Source: Eledone cirrhosa
Lineage: Eukaryota
DNA: 64,000 nucleotides
Assembly (NCBI GenBank): GCA_964016885.1
Contig: OZ024743.1
Coordinates: forward strand, 119,102,001 to 119,166,000
Reading direction: 5' to 3'
The notes beneath the pieces were generated by a model. It saw only the letters and a program-made list of their open reading frames with translations. It was not told the DNA's origin and did no database searches. Made by a program: the position numbers and the translations under genes. This document shows, in pieces, positions 11,652 to 24,962 of the stretch (position 1 is the stretch's first letter; every line of letters starts with the position of its first letter).

Positions 11652-12634
11652 CCATAGATAATGGCTTCTACCATTTAATCAATCATTTCTGAATCATCTA
11701 CAACAACATCAAAAAGAATCCACCAAAATAACAAAAACTTCAACAATAATAATCATATTCTCGTTATTACTACCTCCCTATTGTAACAGTCATTACTACT
11801 AAACCACTGCTTTCAGAGTTTTATGCATGAAGAGATACTGCGTGTATATGTACTGCTATTATCTAAATTGCCGGTTACTTATTAATTTTAAATTAATAAA
11901 AGTATACTTCGTGACCTTCAGTTTTAATATTTATTTATTTACTTGGATTAATTAATTCATTACTAATGAAAGTGTCTCAATCTACCTTGAGTTTCTATAT
12001 AGCTATGCAGAGTATATAAAAGGTCCTTTTCCTTGTAAGTGCGTAAAATATGTCTACAGAGATTGGTAAAAGTTTCCCCTATTCAGATAGATTTATGCTT
12101 AGACGTTGACAATTGTAACGTTGGCATGAGAATTTGTAAAACTATGTTGGTTACTTTTGCTTCAGTGGTCCTATTATTGTCGGTATATTTTGTTTGTCGA
12201 TGTTATTGATTGAAAGAAAAAGAAATCGTTCGCTTAAGTTTATAGCTTCTATAATATATAAGTTGAACTTCGTCAATGGTGTTGACGCATGAAGTGTTCC
12301 GATTATTAATATTTTTGATAGCTCGTTCGTCTATTTTGTAGTTAGGATGCGATGGTTATCTGATTTATGCATTTTAGTTTAATATCAATTGCTTCGTTCT
12401 CTTAAGGTGGTGCGTTGGAAGTGGTGGTAAATTAAAGCTGTACTATATTTCGATTCGTTCTGTTTCGATGTGCTTGGAAATCCCACTGGCGTCGATAAGA
12501 ATTTACCATGAATATACTACGATCAAATCGAGGGAGTCACCAACCCTTAGGTTTTGATAAACTAGCAAAAAAATGTTATCTATTCATTCATTAGATGACA
12601 TTCTAAAGCGGGATAAAATAACGATAAATAGGCA

Positions 12635-12825
12635 GAAGGCCAGTAACTTGGGGGTGTAGGAAAGTCGATTAAATCGATCCCAGTACGTTACCGGTGATTT
12701 ATTTTATCGATCCCGTAAGGATGAAAGGCAAAGTTAACATGGGCGGGATTTGAACTCAGACCGTAAAGGACCGTAACTCTATCCTGCAAAGCATGGTGTC
12801 TGACTCTACCGATACTGCCAATCCA
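12635..12825 (-). mobile_element. SINE family S long form
   Basis: Reverse-complement match to the consensus. Confidence 0.85.
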
Positions 12826-13112
12826 GATAAAATGCAAGCGAGATAAAATAATAATATTTAAAAGAAACAAACAAGAAAAGGAAAGAAAAAAAAAAGAGAT
12901 TGAAGCAACGAAGGAAAGGGGGGGGGGGGGAAGGGACAAACTCTACACCCCAGTCTCGGTGGTGATTCGACCAAGCGCCACAAACAGAATGGCAAAGGCA
13001 TTGCCTTGAAAAATTGCCCCTGAAACAGACACTACGCCTCACGGGGCTTCGTTTTGAAAATGTGAGAAATCGGTTTTACCTCACATCGTACAAACATTAT
13101 TTTTGAGCAGCA

Positions 13113-13305
13113 AGGCGGTGAATTGGCAGTATCGGTAGAGGGTCGGACACCATGCTTTGACGCATAGAGTTACGGCCCTTGCCATTCTGAGTTCAAATCC
13201 CGCCGAGGTTAACTTTGCCTTTCATCCTTACGGGGTCGATAAAATAAAGTACCAGTAATGTACTGAGGTAATTGCTGGCCTTGTGCCAATAGTAGAAACA
13301 ATTAT
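13113..13305 (+). mobile_element. SINE family S full length with TSD
   Basis: TSD ATTATTTTT(G/T)AGCAGCAA at 13096-13113 and 13301-13318. Confidence 0.92.
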
Positions 13306-13639
13306 TTTTTAGCAGCAAATCAACTTTTAACATTGCCAAGGTCGACTCAAAATTTTTGATTGAAATTGTGTTGATGGAACCTCAATTGACAACTGTTCGA
13401 AGGATTACATCTGTAATTCAAAGAGCTAGCCTTGTCAAACTCTCACGCTCTGTATTACTACTCAGAATTATTTTTGTAGCAGATGGGCAGTCACCCCTCC
13501 CCCTCTTTTAAATCTTAAACAGAGAATAACCCAACCAAACAATCCACCACCGGATAGCATGGGGTGTTGATACACACACACAGAAACACAAACACACATA
13601 TACATACATACACACACATAATTATATATATATATATTT

Positions 13640-14202
13640 ATAACCAAAAGTTAAACAACGTTCATTGATTAATCAATGAATATAGTTTTACAATAGATTA
13701 GAAGCACTCACAGGGAAGTTTTCTGGAGTTATTAATATTAATTCAAAATATTAATAAATATAGACATTCATGTGATCAAATATATTTTATTATATATATT
13801 TCAGAGGTACTGTGCTATTTCTTCAGTACGTCCTCATCAGACATCAATTTATTTTATCTGATGAGGGCGTACTGAGGACACAGCACAGTACCTCTGAAAT
13901 ATATATAATTGTTTCTACATTTGGCACAAGGCCAGCAATCACCCAGTACATTACTGGTACTTTATTTTATCGACCCCGTAAGGATGAAAGGCAAAGTTAA
14001 CCTCGGCGGTATTTGAACTCAGACTGTAAAGGGACGTCTGAGTTCAAATCCCGCCGAGGTTAACTTTGCCTTTCATCAGATAAAATAAATTGATGTCTGA
14101 TGAGGACGTACTGAAGAAATAGCACAGTACCTCTGAAATATATATAATAAAATATATTTGATCACATGAATGTCTATATTTATTAATATTTTGAATTAAT
14201 AT
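13640..14202 (-). mobile_element. Family E fold-back hammerhead element enclosing a folded SINE
   Basis: 130-bp arms 13735-13864/14073-14202; cores at 13834-13840 (minus), 13858 and 14097 (plus); tail on the left with minus-strand ACTCC...GAGTGC. Confidence 0.8.
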
Positions 14203-14632
14203 ATATATATAAATGTAAGTATGTATGTATACATATATGTATGTACGTATACATACATACTTACATTTAAGTAAGTGCCGTACTAAGAGTGAGAAATAAA
14301 ATTTCGTTTCATTCTATTCCATTTATATATATATATATATTTTCTTCGGGGTTATAAGAGGCTTAGCTCTGTTTCTCGACCGTTATATCGCGTGACTATC
14401 TCCCCCTCCGCCTTTTGGGATTCTTTCTCACGTCGTGTAGACGCGTTCTTGAGACTAGTAAAATGAGGTATCCTCTTGATAAGTCGGCAGACCTCGCAGG
14501 GACTCTATATCTTTATGATATATTGTTTTTGTTTATGCCACGAAACTACGTAGTCGAGGAATTTAGGAGCAGTTTAGGTATGATACATTTTATTACTAAT
14601 TATATCTAAATGTTTCTTCTCTCTTCATAATG

Positions 14633-14669
<37 letters not shown>

Positions 14670-14736
14670 CACTGATGAGGGACTCATTTTATAACATGTT
14701 ATCCATGTGCAACCTGCAGTATTCTTCTCCCCATTT

Positions 14737-14792
<56 letters not shown>

Positions 14793-14900
14793 GTGCGTTT
14801 GTCTGTGTATGTATGTATATGTGTATTTGCATTTTTGTGTTACCCATTGGTAAACAACCTAACATAAGTGATATATATATATATGTATATATATATATAT

Positions 14901-15035
14901 GGGATTCCTGATGATTTCTCCCGAATGAAACAATTCTAGTACTGTAGAAGCCATTTCTATATTAAATATTTATTCTCTGCTATGTATTGAGTACCTTACT
15001 TACTGTGGTTACCCCCGATTGAACCCGGGATAAAC
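14901..15035 (+). mobile_element. Family B element (single arm) in (TA)n
   Basis: GATTC CTGATGA TTTC tccc GAAT GAAA CAA...CTG TA GAA, plus tail. Confidence 0.8.
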
Positions 15036-15234
15036 TTATATATATACATATATATTGTATACAAACTGGCGGCGACTGGAAGCGTATACCGGAAACTACA
15101 TTAAATTCCGTGATTTTGATATTTCCCTAAACCCATATATTTAGAAAAGATAATTTTATAGTAAATCTTTATTTATGGTACACAACGGCTTAGTAATTGA
15201 AATTATTTCTTTGTCACATTCCTTCACTTCTTTC

Positions 15235-15277
<43 letters not shown>

Positions 15278-15309
15278 CTCTCGCTCTCTCTCTCACTCTC
15301 TCTCTCACC

Positions 15310-15343
<34 letters not shown>

Positions 15344-15569
15344 CCCTCTTCTCTCCCTCTCCATCTGTCTCCCACCCTCAATCACTGCCTCTGTGTCAAT
15401 AAGAAAACAGCAGGAGGGTGTCACAAACAACTGGCTGTCTTTAATCTTTTTCCGTCTAACAATACCACAACAACACTGTCAACCACTAACTACCACCACT
15501 TCTCCTATTCCTCCTCTTCTTCCTCCTCCTCCACCTCCTGTTACTACTACTGCTGCTACCACCACCACC

Positions 15570-15633
<64 letters not shown>

Positions 15634-15975
15634 ACTACTACTACTACTACTACAATCATTTCACGACATTTTATCAATTGCCCTATAATCTTTAAGATTG
15701 GAGGTTGGTGTCGAACCCTATTATTGCTCTATAATGTGGTAACAATGAAAACTATTATTATTGATGTCGCATTTGATATTGACGATGATGATCATGGTGG
15801 TGGGATTCGTGTGGTTTTGTGGGGAAGATCGTCAGCGTGGTCGTGATAATGGCTGTAGTATAGGTGCTGCTAGTGATTTTGGTGATAATTTTATTATCTT
15901 TTCAATATAATTGGATACAAGAGTGTTCATGTAAATGTACAAACAAACAAACAAACATCGCATATATTCTTACAC

Positions 15976-16106
<131 letters not shown>

Positions 16107-16417
16107 CTCTAATTACCATGTGTAAAATATCAATGTTTATGTTAAAAGTTTAATCCAATCTTGATGTCGCTAGTGTGAGACAACGGGACAAAGCTGGAAA
16201 GTAGGATATGATTCGGGGAAGAATTAACTTCTATTTGTAACATGTCGAGCGAACACGCTCCTTAGAGCTCCTTAGAGCTTCAGTGAAATTTGGCAGTTCT
16301 GATGATTTGGAAAACTTTAAGGAATATATGTTCCCTCCTATTGTATCAGCTTAACCCTTTAGCATTGAAACCGGCCGTATCCGGCCAGATTCTCTCACCT
16401 CTTTCTCTTCAAACCAT

Positions 16418-16623
16418 CTGTATAAGACACATGGTTATGGAGATGCGAAATGGGACCGAACCGAGAAAACTTCGATTACGAGGAGAAATCCTTAACTATT
16501 CAGCTCTTCAAACCAGCTGTAACCGGCCTCTCATACTGTATAAGACACATGGTCATGGAGATGCAAAATGGAACCGATCCGAGGAAATTTCGATTACGAG
16601 GAGAAATCCTTAACTATTCAGCT
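16418..16623 (+). repeat. 88-bp direct duplication (period 118)
   Basis: CTGTATAAGACACATGG...CTTAACTATTCAGCT at 16418-16505 and 16536-16623. Confidence 0.85.
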
Positions 16624-17122
16624 ATGCTTGACCATCTAAGCTCTTTGACCTTCATACCGCAACACATAGGCAAATACATACATATATCATGAATGATAAA
16701 GGATATAAAAATATACATACACGCACACACACATGTATGTATGTGTGGTTTTGAGTCTAATGAATACCGAAGGATACTCAAATATACATTAAAGCGCTGT
16801 ATTTCCTCACCGTCATTGGTACTACAGAAAGATCAACCATCAACACCACAACCACAACTATATAAAGGATAAAAGATGAAACAAACAAAATAAAAAATAA
16901 AATAGAGGGTTAACCCATTTATCCCTATCGTCATCACCTAGTTCTATTTTAGTAGTTGCTTAGTTCCATCCTCTATAATTATTTTGTATTGTTCATGTAA
17001 ATATTACTAACGTCGAATTAGCTATTCGTTCTCTACTCTCCTTTCTCTAATTCTCTCATATCTATCTGCCTCTCTCTCTCGCACACACTCTTTCTTTCAA
17101 CCGGACAACAAAACAAGATGAA

Positions 17123-17186
17123 TAATAATAATTGTTTCTACATTTGGCACAAGACCAGCAATTATGCCAGTGTATTACTGGTACTT
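17123..17186 (-). mobile_element. 5'-truncated SINE S tail inside an inverted duplication
   Basis: AATTGTTTCTACATTTGGCACAAG...CTGGTACTT; TSD AAGATGAATAATAATAAT at 17115 and 17277. Confidence 0.8.
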
Positions 17187-17472
17187 CATCTTGTTTTGTT
17201 GTCCGGCTGAAAGAAAGAGTGTGGTAGAGAGAGAGACACAGATAGATATGAGGAGAATTAGAGAAAGGAGAGTAGAAAGATGAATAATAATAATAATGTA
17301 GAAGAAGAAGGAGGAGAAGGAGGAGGAGGAGGCGAAGAAGAAGAAGAAGGAGGAGGAGGAGAAGAAAAAGAAGAAGAAGGAGGAGGAGAAGAAGAAGAAG
17401 AAGGAGGAGGAGGAGAATGAGAAGAAGAAGAAGAATCATGAAAACCCTTTCCTCCCATCTTTAACTGCTAAG

Positions 17473-17660
17473 ATAATTGTTTCTACTTTGGTACAAGGCC
17501 AGCAATTACCCAGTGCATTACTGGTACTTTATTTTATCGACCCCATAAGGATGAAAGGCAAAGTTAACCTCGGCGGGATTTGAACTCAGAATTGAAAGGG
17601 CCGTAACTCTATGCGTCAAAGCATGGCGTCCGGCCCTCTACCGATGCTGCCAATCCACTG
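17473..17660 (-). mobile_element. SINE family S full length with TSD
   Basis: TSD ACTGCTAAGATAAT at 17464-17477 and 17657-17670. Confidence 0.92.
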
Positions 17661-17776
17661 CTAAGATAATAATGAGAATCTACTCTTCATCAACATCATA
17701 TATATATATATATATATATGATGTTGATGAAGAGTAGGTTCTCATTATAATATATATATATATATATTATACACAT

Positions 17777-17846
<70 letters not shown>

Positions 17847-17887
17847 ATGTATATATGTATATACCATCGGGGTCCTGATTCTTTTCC

Positions 17888-17955
<68 letters not shown>

Positions 17956-18012
17956 CCACATAGATTAAGCGGTCGACCTTTCAGAAATGCCCTCTGTAGT
18001 ACATAGAACATC

Positions 18013-18952
18013 TCTCACTAGCTATGCTGAGGCTATAAAAGGTAGCACAGGTAATCAAGCACCCAGCTGATGCTACTCTTTTACAACAAGAAATGGATGG
18101 CATATAAAAATGGGCTGAGGAGAACAACATGCAATTTAATGCTGGGAAATTTCAAGCCCTACGATATCAACGTGCACACACAACGACATTACAACAAAGC
18201 TACACCGGACCAGAAGGGATCGAGATCCTCGTGTTGAAATCGATACGAGACCTGGGGATAGACATGAGCTTTGGTGCATCGTTTCATTCACACATCATGA
18301 AAATGGCGACAATGTGCAGACGACTCGCTGGTTGTATCTAAAGGATTTTCGAGACAAGAGACTGCGAAACGATGTTGGTACTATGGAGGACATTTTTCTA
18401 AGCTGAGTAGACAATTGCTAACCACGGAGCTTGAAGCAATCCAACGAAGCTACACCCAAGGGATTGCCACGATGAAGGAGATGAGTTACTGGGAATGAAG
18501 GCGGGAGAGGTACGCAGTGATATACATACGGAAGATCCTGAGAGGACTAGCACCAAACTTTAGCATTGAGAACTGGAAATACCCTCGAACAGGACGTCAC
18601 TGTGTGGTGCCAAAGGTCCCGCCTTTCACATCTAGAGTAAAGAGCAGTTATTCCAATAGCTTGGTGTTCAAAGGACCCAACACTTTAATAAGCTGCCAAG
18701 AAACTTGAGAGGTTTACACAGTATGGACGTGGATGTTTTCAAAAAATATTTTTACACTCTGCTATCCAAGATTCCAGATGAACCCACAGCACGGAATGAA
18801 GGTAACCTAAAGGGAGCAGCAACGACCTCCCTCCTACATCAATGGCCAGCCAACACAGGCTGGGTATAGAATGTGAGTTGAACAGCAAAGGCGGTGCCCA
18901 GCATGGCTTCAGTCGGATGGCTGCAACTGTTAAACGAGTAAAAGAGTAAAAG
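18013..18952 (+). pseudogene. Decayed CR1-group LINE, RT C-terminal region and 3' end
   Basis: WAEENNMQFNAGKF, RDLGI, LEAIQRSYT, MSYWE, RRERY, KGP, KIPDEP motifs across frames with stops and frameshifts; terminal (GAGTAAAA)2. Confidence 0.8.
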
Positions 18953-20608
18953 TGTCTATATGTATGTATGTATGATTATATGTATGTATGCGTGTATGTA
19001 TGTATCAATGTGTGTGTGTATATATATATATATAGTTTATGTGATATGTGACATACAGTTGTTGACGGAAATTATTGTAAATAAACAAAACCTTTGACAA
19101 AGTACGACGAGGAGGGTGATAATAACGATAATAATAGTAATAAACACTATTATTCTTTCTTTATTGGCAATAATAATAATGATTATTATTATTTTTAAAT
19201 ATACGTCGAAACAAACTGACAAATACATTTCTTTCTTTTTTTTTTTCAAAGTAAAGAAATGAAATGAAAGACCTGCAATCGCCTCGAGCGATGGAAGTGC
19301 TTTATATATTGCTATTATTTCGATGTACACGGCTAATGCAAATAAATACATATGTACATGTGTACCCAAATTATATGTGTGCGTGTACATACATTAATAC
19401 ATACACACATACATACATTCATATATACACACATACATTTATCACTCGTACGCGCATTTCCGCCGTTATTTCTTTAACCGGGGAGAAGAGGTTTGGTATT
19501 CAGGTTCATCGCTTGCCAGGTCCAATAATTTCTCCACTCCCACAAGTCATAAGGTCAAATAAACATCTACGTTCCCTCACTTCCATCAGTTATAGAGCAG
19601 AAATACACCGTCCAGTGTCATTCAGACAAACATGCGTACGATCTAACTTTAAGCCGCTCCAAGAAAACTGACAGTATTTTATTTCAGCTGTTATTTCGTT
19701 TATCTTTAACAGTTCAATCAATGTACATCAGTTTTGCTTATGCTATATTACATCTAAGCCTTTCATTATTGACTGATGAATATTTATGTTCTCTTCGATT
19801 CTTATAGAAAATAATATTGTTTTCAATAAAGGGGGATAAGATTTCTAGTATACATATATCAGATTCCATGTAAGGAATTTAAGCATTAAGTATTTTAATT
19901 TATTTGTTGACATTATTCATACTTAAGAAATGTGTGCATTTGTGCATGGCTATGTATGTGTGTTTTCATTGGCTGAATGAATATATGTATAGCATAGTTT
20001 ACATTAGCAATTGAATCACATTGTGTGTAGTCATTAGTTTTTCATAAATGCAGCAGCCTCCACTTGATCATTCCCCCCACCCATAAAGTTTTGAAAACCG
20101 ACATTAATCACTGTAAAAAAAAGTCAGAACTGTTGTTATTTAAACTGGTATTTGCAGAGACTCATTCCAAAAGTGCTTTCTTTGCAATTGTAGCTGATAC
20201 ACTGAGGCACTTTCGTTAAGGAACCTCATTCATAAAGCTAGTTTTCAACGTTTAAATTCCTTGATATAGTTTCCTAATTGATTCAACAAAGAAGCTTTAT
20301 AGATACTTTTAAGAACAGTGTTTCTATCCTTAAACTCAATTAGCAAAATACACTGCCAATTCCAGAAAACAGTTTGTGGTCGACAGCGAGAGCTTGGCCG
20401 TCTAACATATCCTTCAATAAGGCTAATTTTCTCGTAGTCTTTAGTTGTAGTTGGACGGCCATCATGCTAATCACCAAATACTTTTCTTCCCATAAAAAAA
20501 CTGCACATCATGTTTAACACAGTTCTGTGAAAAGTGGAGGAACTGAAATCGCAGACAATGAATAGACTCCTTTAATGCAGCCTAACCAATTTTCAAAAAG
20601 TAGGAATA

Positions 20609-20695
<87 letters not shown>

Positions 20696-21657
20696 ATGGG
20701 AAGAAGAATCACCACTAGTATTTGACTGTAATTTTATTTGGCTCTGCTGGATTGTAATTAAGACTACAGGGTTTTGGAAAAAATGACGCGTATTTTTCAC
20801 CGCACTTTAACGACTAAATCGCCGCCTTGAGATGATTGAGAGAATAAATCATAGAGCATGTAAGACATTTGCGTAGAACTAATTATGAAAAACAAATCAA
20901 AATAAAAAATTACATCAGAGACAAAAAATAATCATCTGATTGTCTTACAATATCAGAATATCAGTCTAAAATGTATCTTAGCATAACAGATAATTTTCAA
21001 ACGACTTCCTTTTTACCGTGTCAGATATATTTATATGAGTTTTCTTTTAAGCAAACAAAAACAAACCACAGTTTATTATTATTATTATTATTTCATTTAC
21101 ATAATATTTATTGCAGTTAGTGTAGCTGAAGTTACTACTTGGCAAAGTTCGCTGAACTTAAGTTAGACATTTCGCGCTGAGCGTGTTACAAAAGAGACAT
21201 CGCTTTAAGGTGAATGAAATTCAACAACTGTTCATTGTAAAGTAACAATTTAGAGATGAAATCGAGTAAAACAGTTTTTTGAAAGCCAAAGCCTATCCTT
21301 CATAGTAAGTGTTGAAATAATAAAGAGTTCAGCTTTTATGGTTAACCGCTGGGTCAAGTATATACTGTAATTAACAAATACGAAGTTTGAATATGTCGTT
21401 AGATTAAATGGCGTTGTGCCTGTAATGGAGAAACATAAAGCGATTAATAAGCCAAACGTTAAACTGTTATCCGAGAACTTAAATAGAGCTAACGTTACAC
21501 TCTATTGAGGAATTTGTGAGGTTCAGCAAATCTGCTTGTCGAGCAGATTGATAAACATATTCCTTCACGCCGAATTTGTTGTCATTATTGTTGTTCATTG
21601 ATATAAAAGTGTTTGTTATTATTACCATTACATCATTATTATCACGATCTTTAGAAC

Positions 21658-21876
21658 GGCGGTGGATTGTCAGTATCGGTAGAGCGTCGGACAGCATGCT
21701 TTATGGCATAGGGTTACGCCCCTTTACGATCTTAGCTCAAATCCTACTGAGGTTAGCTTTACCTTTCATCCTTATGGGGTGAATAAAATAAAGTACCAGT
21801 TATGCACTGGGGTCAATTTAATCAACTTTCCCCTACCCCAAAATTGTTGGCCTTGAGCCTAAATCAGAAACCATTA
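21658..21876 (+). mobile_element. SINE family S long form
   Basis: Consensus match with long-form insert. Confidence 0.85.
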
Positions 21877-21972
21877 GAGTAGTTCATTTGTCATGATATT
21901 TTCTGAGTGATCATTACGTTAGCCAGTTACAATTTTGACTGTTTGTTCGTGCTTCACATCATCTCTCTCGTT

Positions 21973-22023
<51 letters not shown>

Positions 22024-22044
22024 CACATATATATATATACATAT

Positions 22045-22198
22045 GGTATTGGTGCTCGGAAATAACGATGTATACATGAATGTATGTATAGTATATTTGG
22101 CAATATAACTTTTATTTTCAATTAAAAACATTTATTTATATATATATATAATCCTTATCGAGCCCTCTTCTGAATTTAGTCTTCACATTTATTATTAC
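22045..22198 (+). mobile_element. Family H-related element in (TA)n
   Basis: Shares sequence with 4082-4137 and the tail TTTAGTCTTCA..TTTATTATTAC with 52004-52040. Confidence 0.55.
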
Positions 22199-22295
<97 letters not shown>

Positions 22296-22297
<2 letters not shown>

Positions 22298-22750
22298 CGG
22301 TATTCGTGCCAACACTTAGCTATAGTCATAAATCTTGGGTTTATGACCATAGGAATACAATCGTGAATACAAGCGGCTGAAGTGGAGTTTCACCGAAGGG
22401 TATTTAGAGTAACGTTACTCGATAAAGTGCGTAGCTCGGAGATCAGAGAGTCACTCCAGGTAGGCACTGTACTTCTCAGAATTGAGAGATCACAGTTCCG
22501 ATACTATGGGCACGTGGTTAGAATGTCTTAGGAAAGAATCGCTGGACAGATTTTACGAGCAAATCCAATCGGCAGCAGAACCAGGGGTAGAACACAAGCC
22601 AGATGGATGGATAACATCAGTGAGTTTTGCTGGTCGCGCTTTGGGATCCAGCCGGATCAGTTGGAGATGGTTTCCTCTGACAGGACTCCCCGGAAGGAGT
22701 GTTTGAGTGCCCCCGCTCCGACCTTCTCAAGAATAAGTAGGTGAAGATAA
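22296..22750 (+). pseudogene. RTE-clade (Expander/Rex3-like) LINE 3' fragment
   Basis: Frame from about 22370 reads QAAEVEFHRRVFRVTLLDKVRSSEIRESLQVGTVLLRIERSQFRYYGHVVRM, then ...RTRGRTQARWMD; not in the ORF track because of stops. Confidence 0.85.
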
Positions 22751-22754
22751 TAAT

Positions 22755-22820
<66 letters not shown>

Positions 22821-23329
22821 ATTACAAGGAACGAAGCAGGCTGTGTGGTTACTGTAAACAAACTTGTAAGATGGTAATATGGATGAAACAAGAGAAGAGA
22901 CCCTTCATCAGCTGTTAACTGGAGATCATCGATGTTTCGGCTCTTAAAACAGGACAGCGAAATCGATCAGCAGCGCGCCCAGGGCCTTTTATCAATCAAA
23001 AGGCCCTGAGGAGAAGAAAAGATAAGATAGTGAAGAGAGAGGAAGAAAGAGGAAAAAAAGAGGAGGAATGTGGAAAAACGAAGCCAACAAACCGAATGGA
23101 GAGGGGACATAGGACAATGGAACATGCAAGTGAATAACCTTGCAGAAATTAGTAAAAGTTACAAGGAACCCATTGGACTTAAGTCAAACACCACCTTTTT
23201 CCCTTTCCAAAGGTCCTTAACTGGCTTTTATAAGCTATTTTCTACCAACAGTGTGTAATTGCATTTATTTTCTGCGATTGAGCATCGTACATCTATAAAT
23301 CTATTTCCCCAGCGTTTCGTAAGTTTGAG

Positions 23330-23434
<105 letters not shown>

Positions 23435-23752
23435 TATATTGTATCTCGGAATTGTTGAATCGGTTCTATATTAAGTCGGTGTATATTGTATATCAAACTA
23501 GTATCACAAGGTGCTATGATGCATGGGATATGAGTTGTACGAAAATCACAGATAGATTGATAATTTTGTCAACAGGGATTTTACCTGTATTAATAGCATT
23601 AATGTTATTACAGAGATGATTTAGAAATATCAGGGGTAATGACTTATCAAATACGCAATCAATACTGACGCCATCAACATTATCATGTTTAGAATCACAT
23701 CACCTGTAATAGGAGTAATACAGTTCAAACTCACACATACACACACGCATAA

Positions 23753-23754
<2 letters not shown>

Positions 23755-23832
<78 letters not shown>

Positions 23833-23879
23833 ATGTGTATGTATATGTATATATATATATATGTATGTATATGTGTATG

Positions 23880-23928
<49 letters not shown>

Positions 23929-24057
23929 ATGTATATATATATACATATATGTATGTATATATATACATACACACACACACACATATATATATATATATGT
24001 ATGTATGTATATATATATATACATACACACACATATATATATATGTATGTATGTATG

Positions 24058-24116
<59 letters not shown>

Positions 24117-24158
24117 ATTATATATATATGTATGTATGTATCTATATATATATATACT

Positions 24159-24237
<79 letters not shown>

Positions 24238-24255
24238 GTATATTTATATATACAC

Positions 24256-24319
<64 letters not shown>

Positions 24320-24340
24320 TATATTTATATATACACACAT
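23755..24340. repeat. Compound (TA)/(TG)/(CA) microsatellite tract
   Basis: Directly visible; source of the long YI ORFs. Confidence 0.95.
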
Positions 24341-24918
24341 TCCTTTTTTCTTGACCATTATCTTTTGTTTGGCATAAAATTCTCTAAATAGCTATAAAAA
24401 AATTCCAAAATACGGGCGCTAAATTTAATGTACTTGGTCACGTGACAGTCATAATTTCATTTATAACCAATCAAATTACATTTAAAAAGAAGCCTTCGTG
24501 AGCCACTTTTTTTAAAGTAAAAAGAAATTCAAACACAAACTGGCGTGAAAGCTGATGTGCTTATTCACGTGACTGCATCAACCAACCAAACTTCACTCAT
24601 ATATGAAAAAACAACCTGAGCGACCCCCCCCCCCCTTTGTTTGAAGAACTTTGCAACGCGAACTGGCGCGAAATTTATTATACTTATTCACCAACCAATG
24701 AAATTACTTCTCTAAAAACGTGGCATAACCAGCCACTTTTTTTCCATATAAAACAAGTAACATTCAAAGACCAACCAGATGTGAGAGAAACCACAGACCC
24801 TCCATCTCAACTCTACTTTTGAAAAGCAGAAGAACTGCGAAACCGATAAAGGAACCAAATAAATATATATATTTAAAAAAAAATATACTCCAGTTGCATT
24901 TTCGATTTCATCTTTTTT

Positions 24919-24962
<44 letters not shown>

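Noticed and set aside
14672-14740. Isolated CTGATGA motifs (also 10733, 45452, 62431)
   Set aside because: No stem II-GAAA-stem III-UH arrangement follows
20050-20580. Possible decayed DNA-transposase remnant (similarly 35160-35640)
   Set aside because: No convincing motifs could be read in any frame by eye
22885-22950. Possible type II hammerhead on minus (CCGAAACATCGATG...CTGATGAAGGG)
   Set aside because: No correctly placed UH after stem III and no convincing stem I
23630-24391. Long ORFs of 160-230 aa (also 37788-38391, 58054-59223, 62632-63580 and many others)
   Set aside because: Translations of (TA)/(CA)/(TG) microsatellites (YI, HT, CV runs), which lack stop codons by construction
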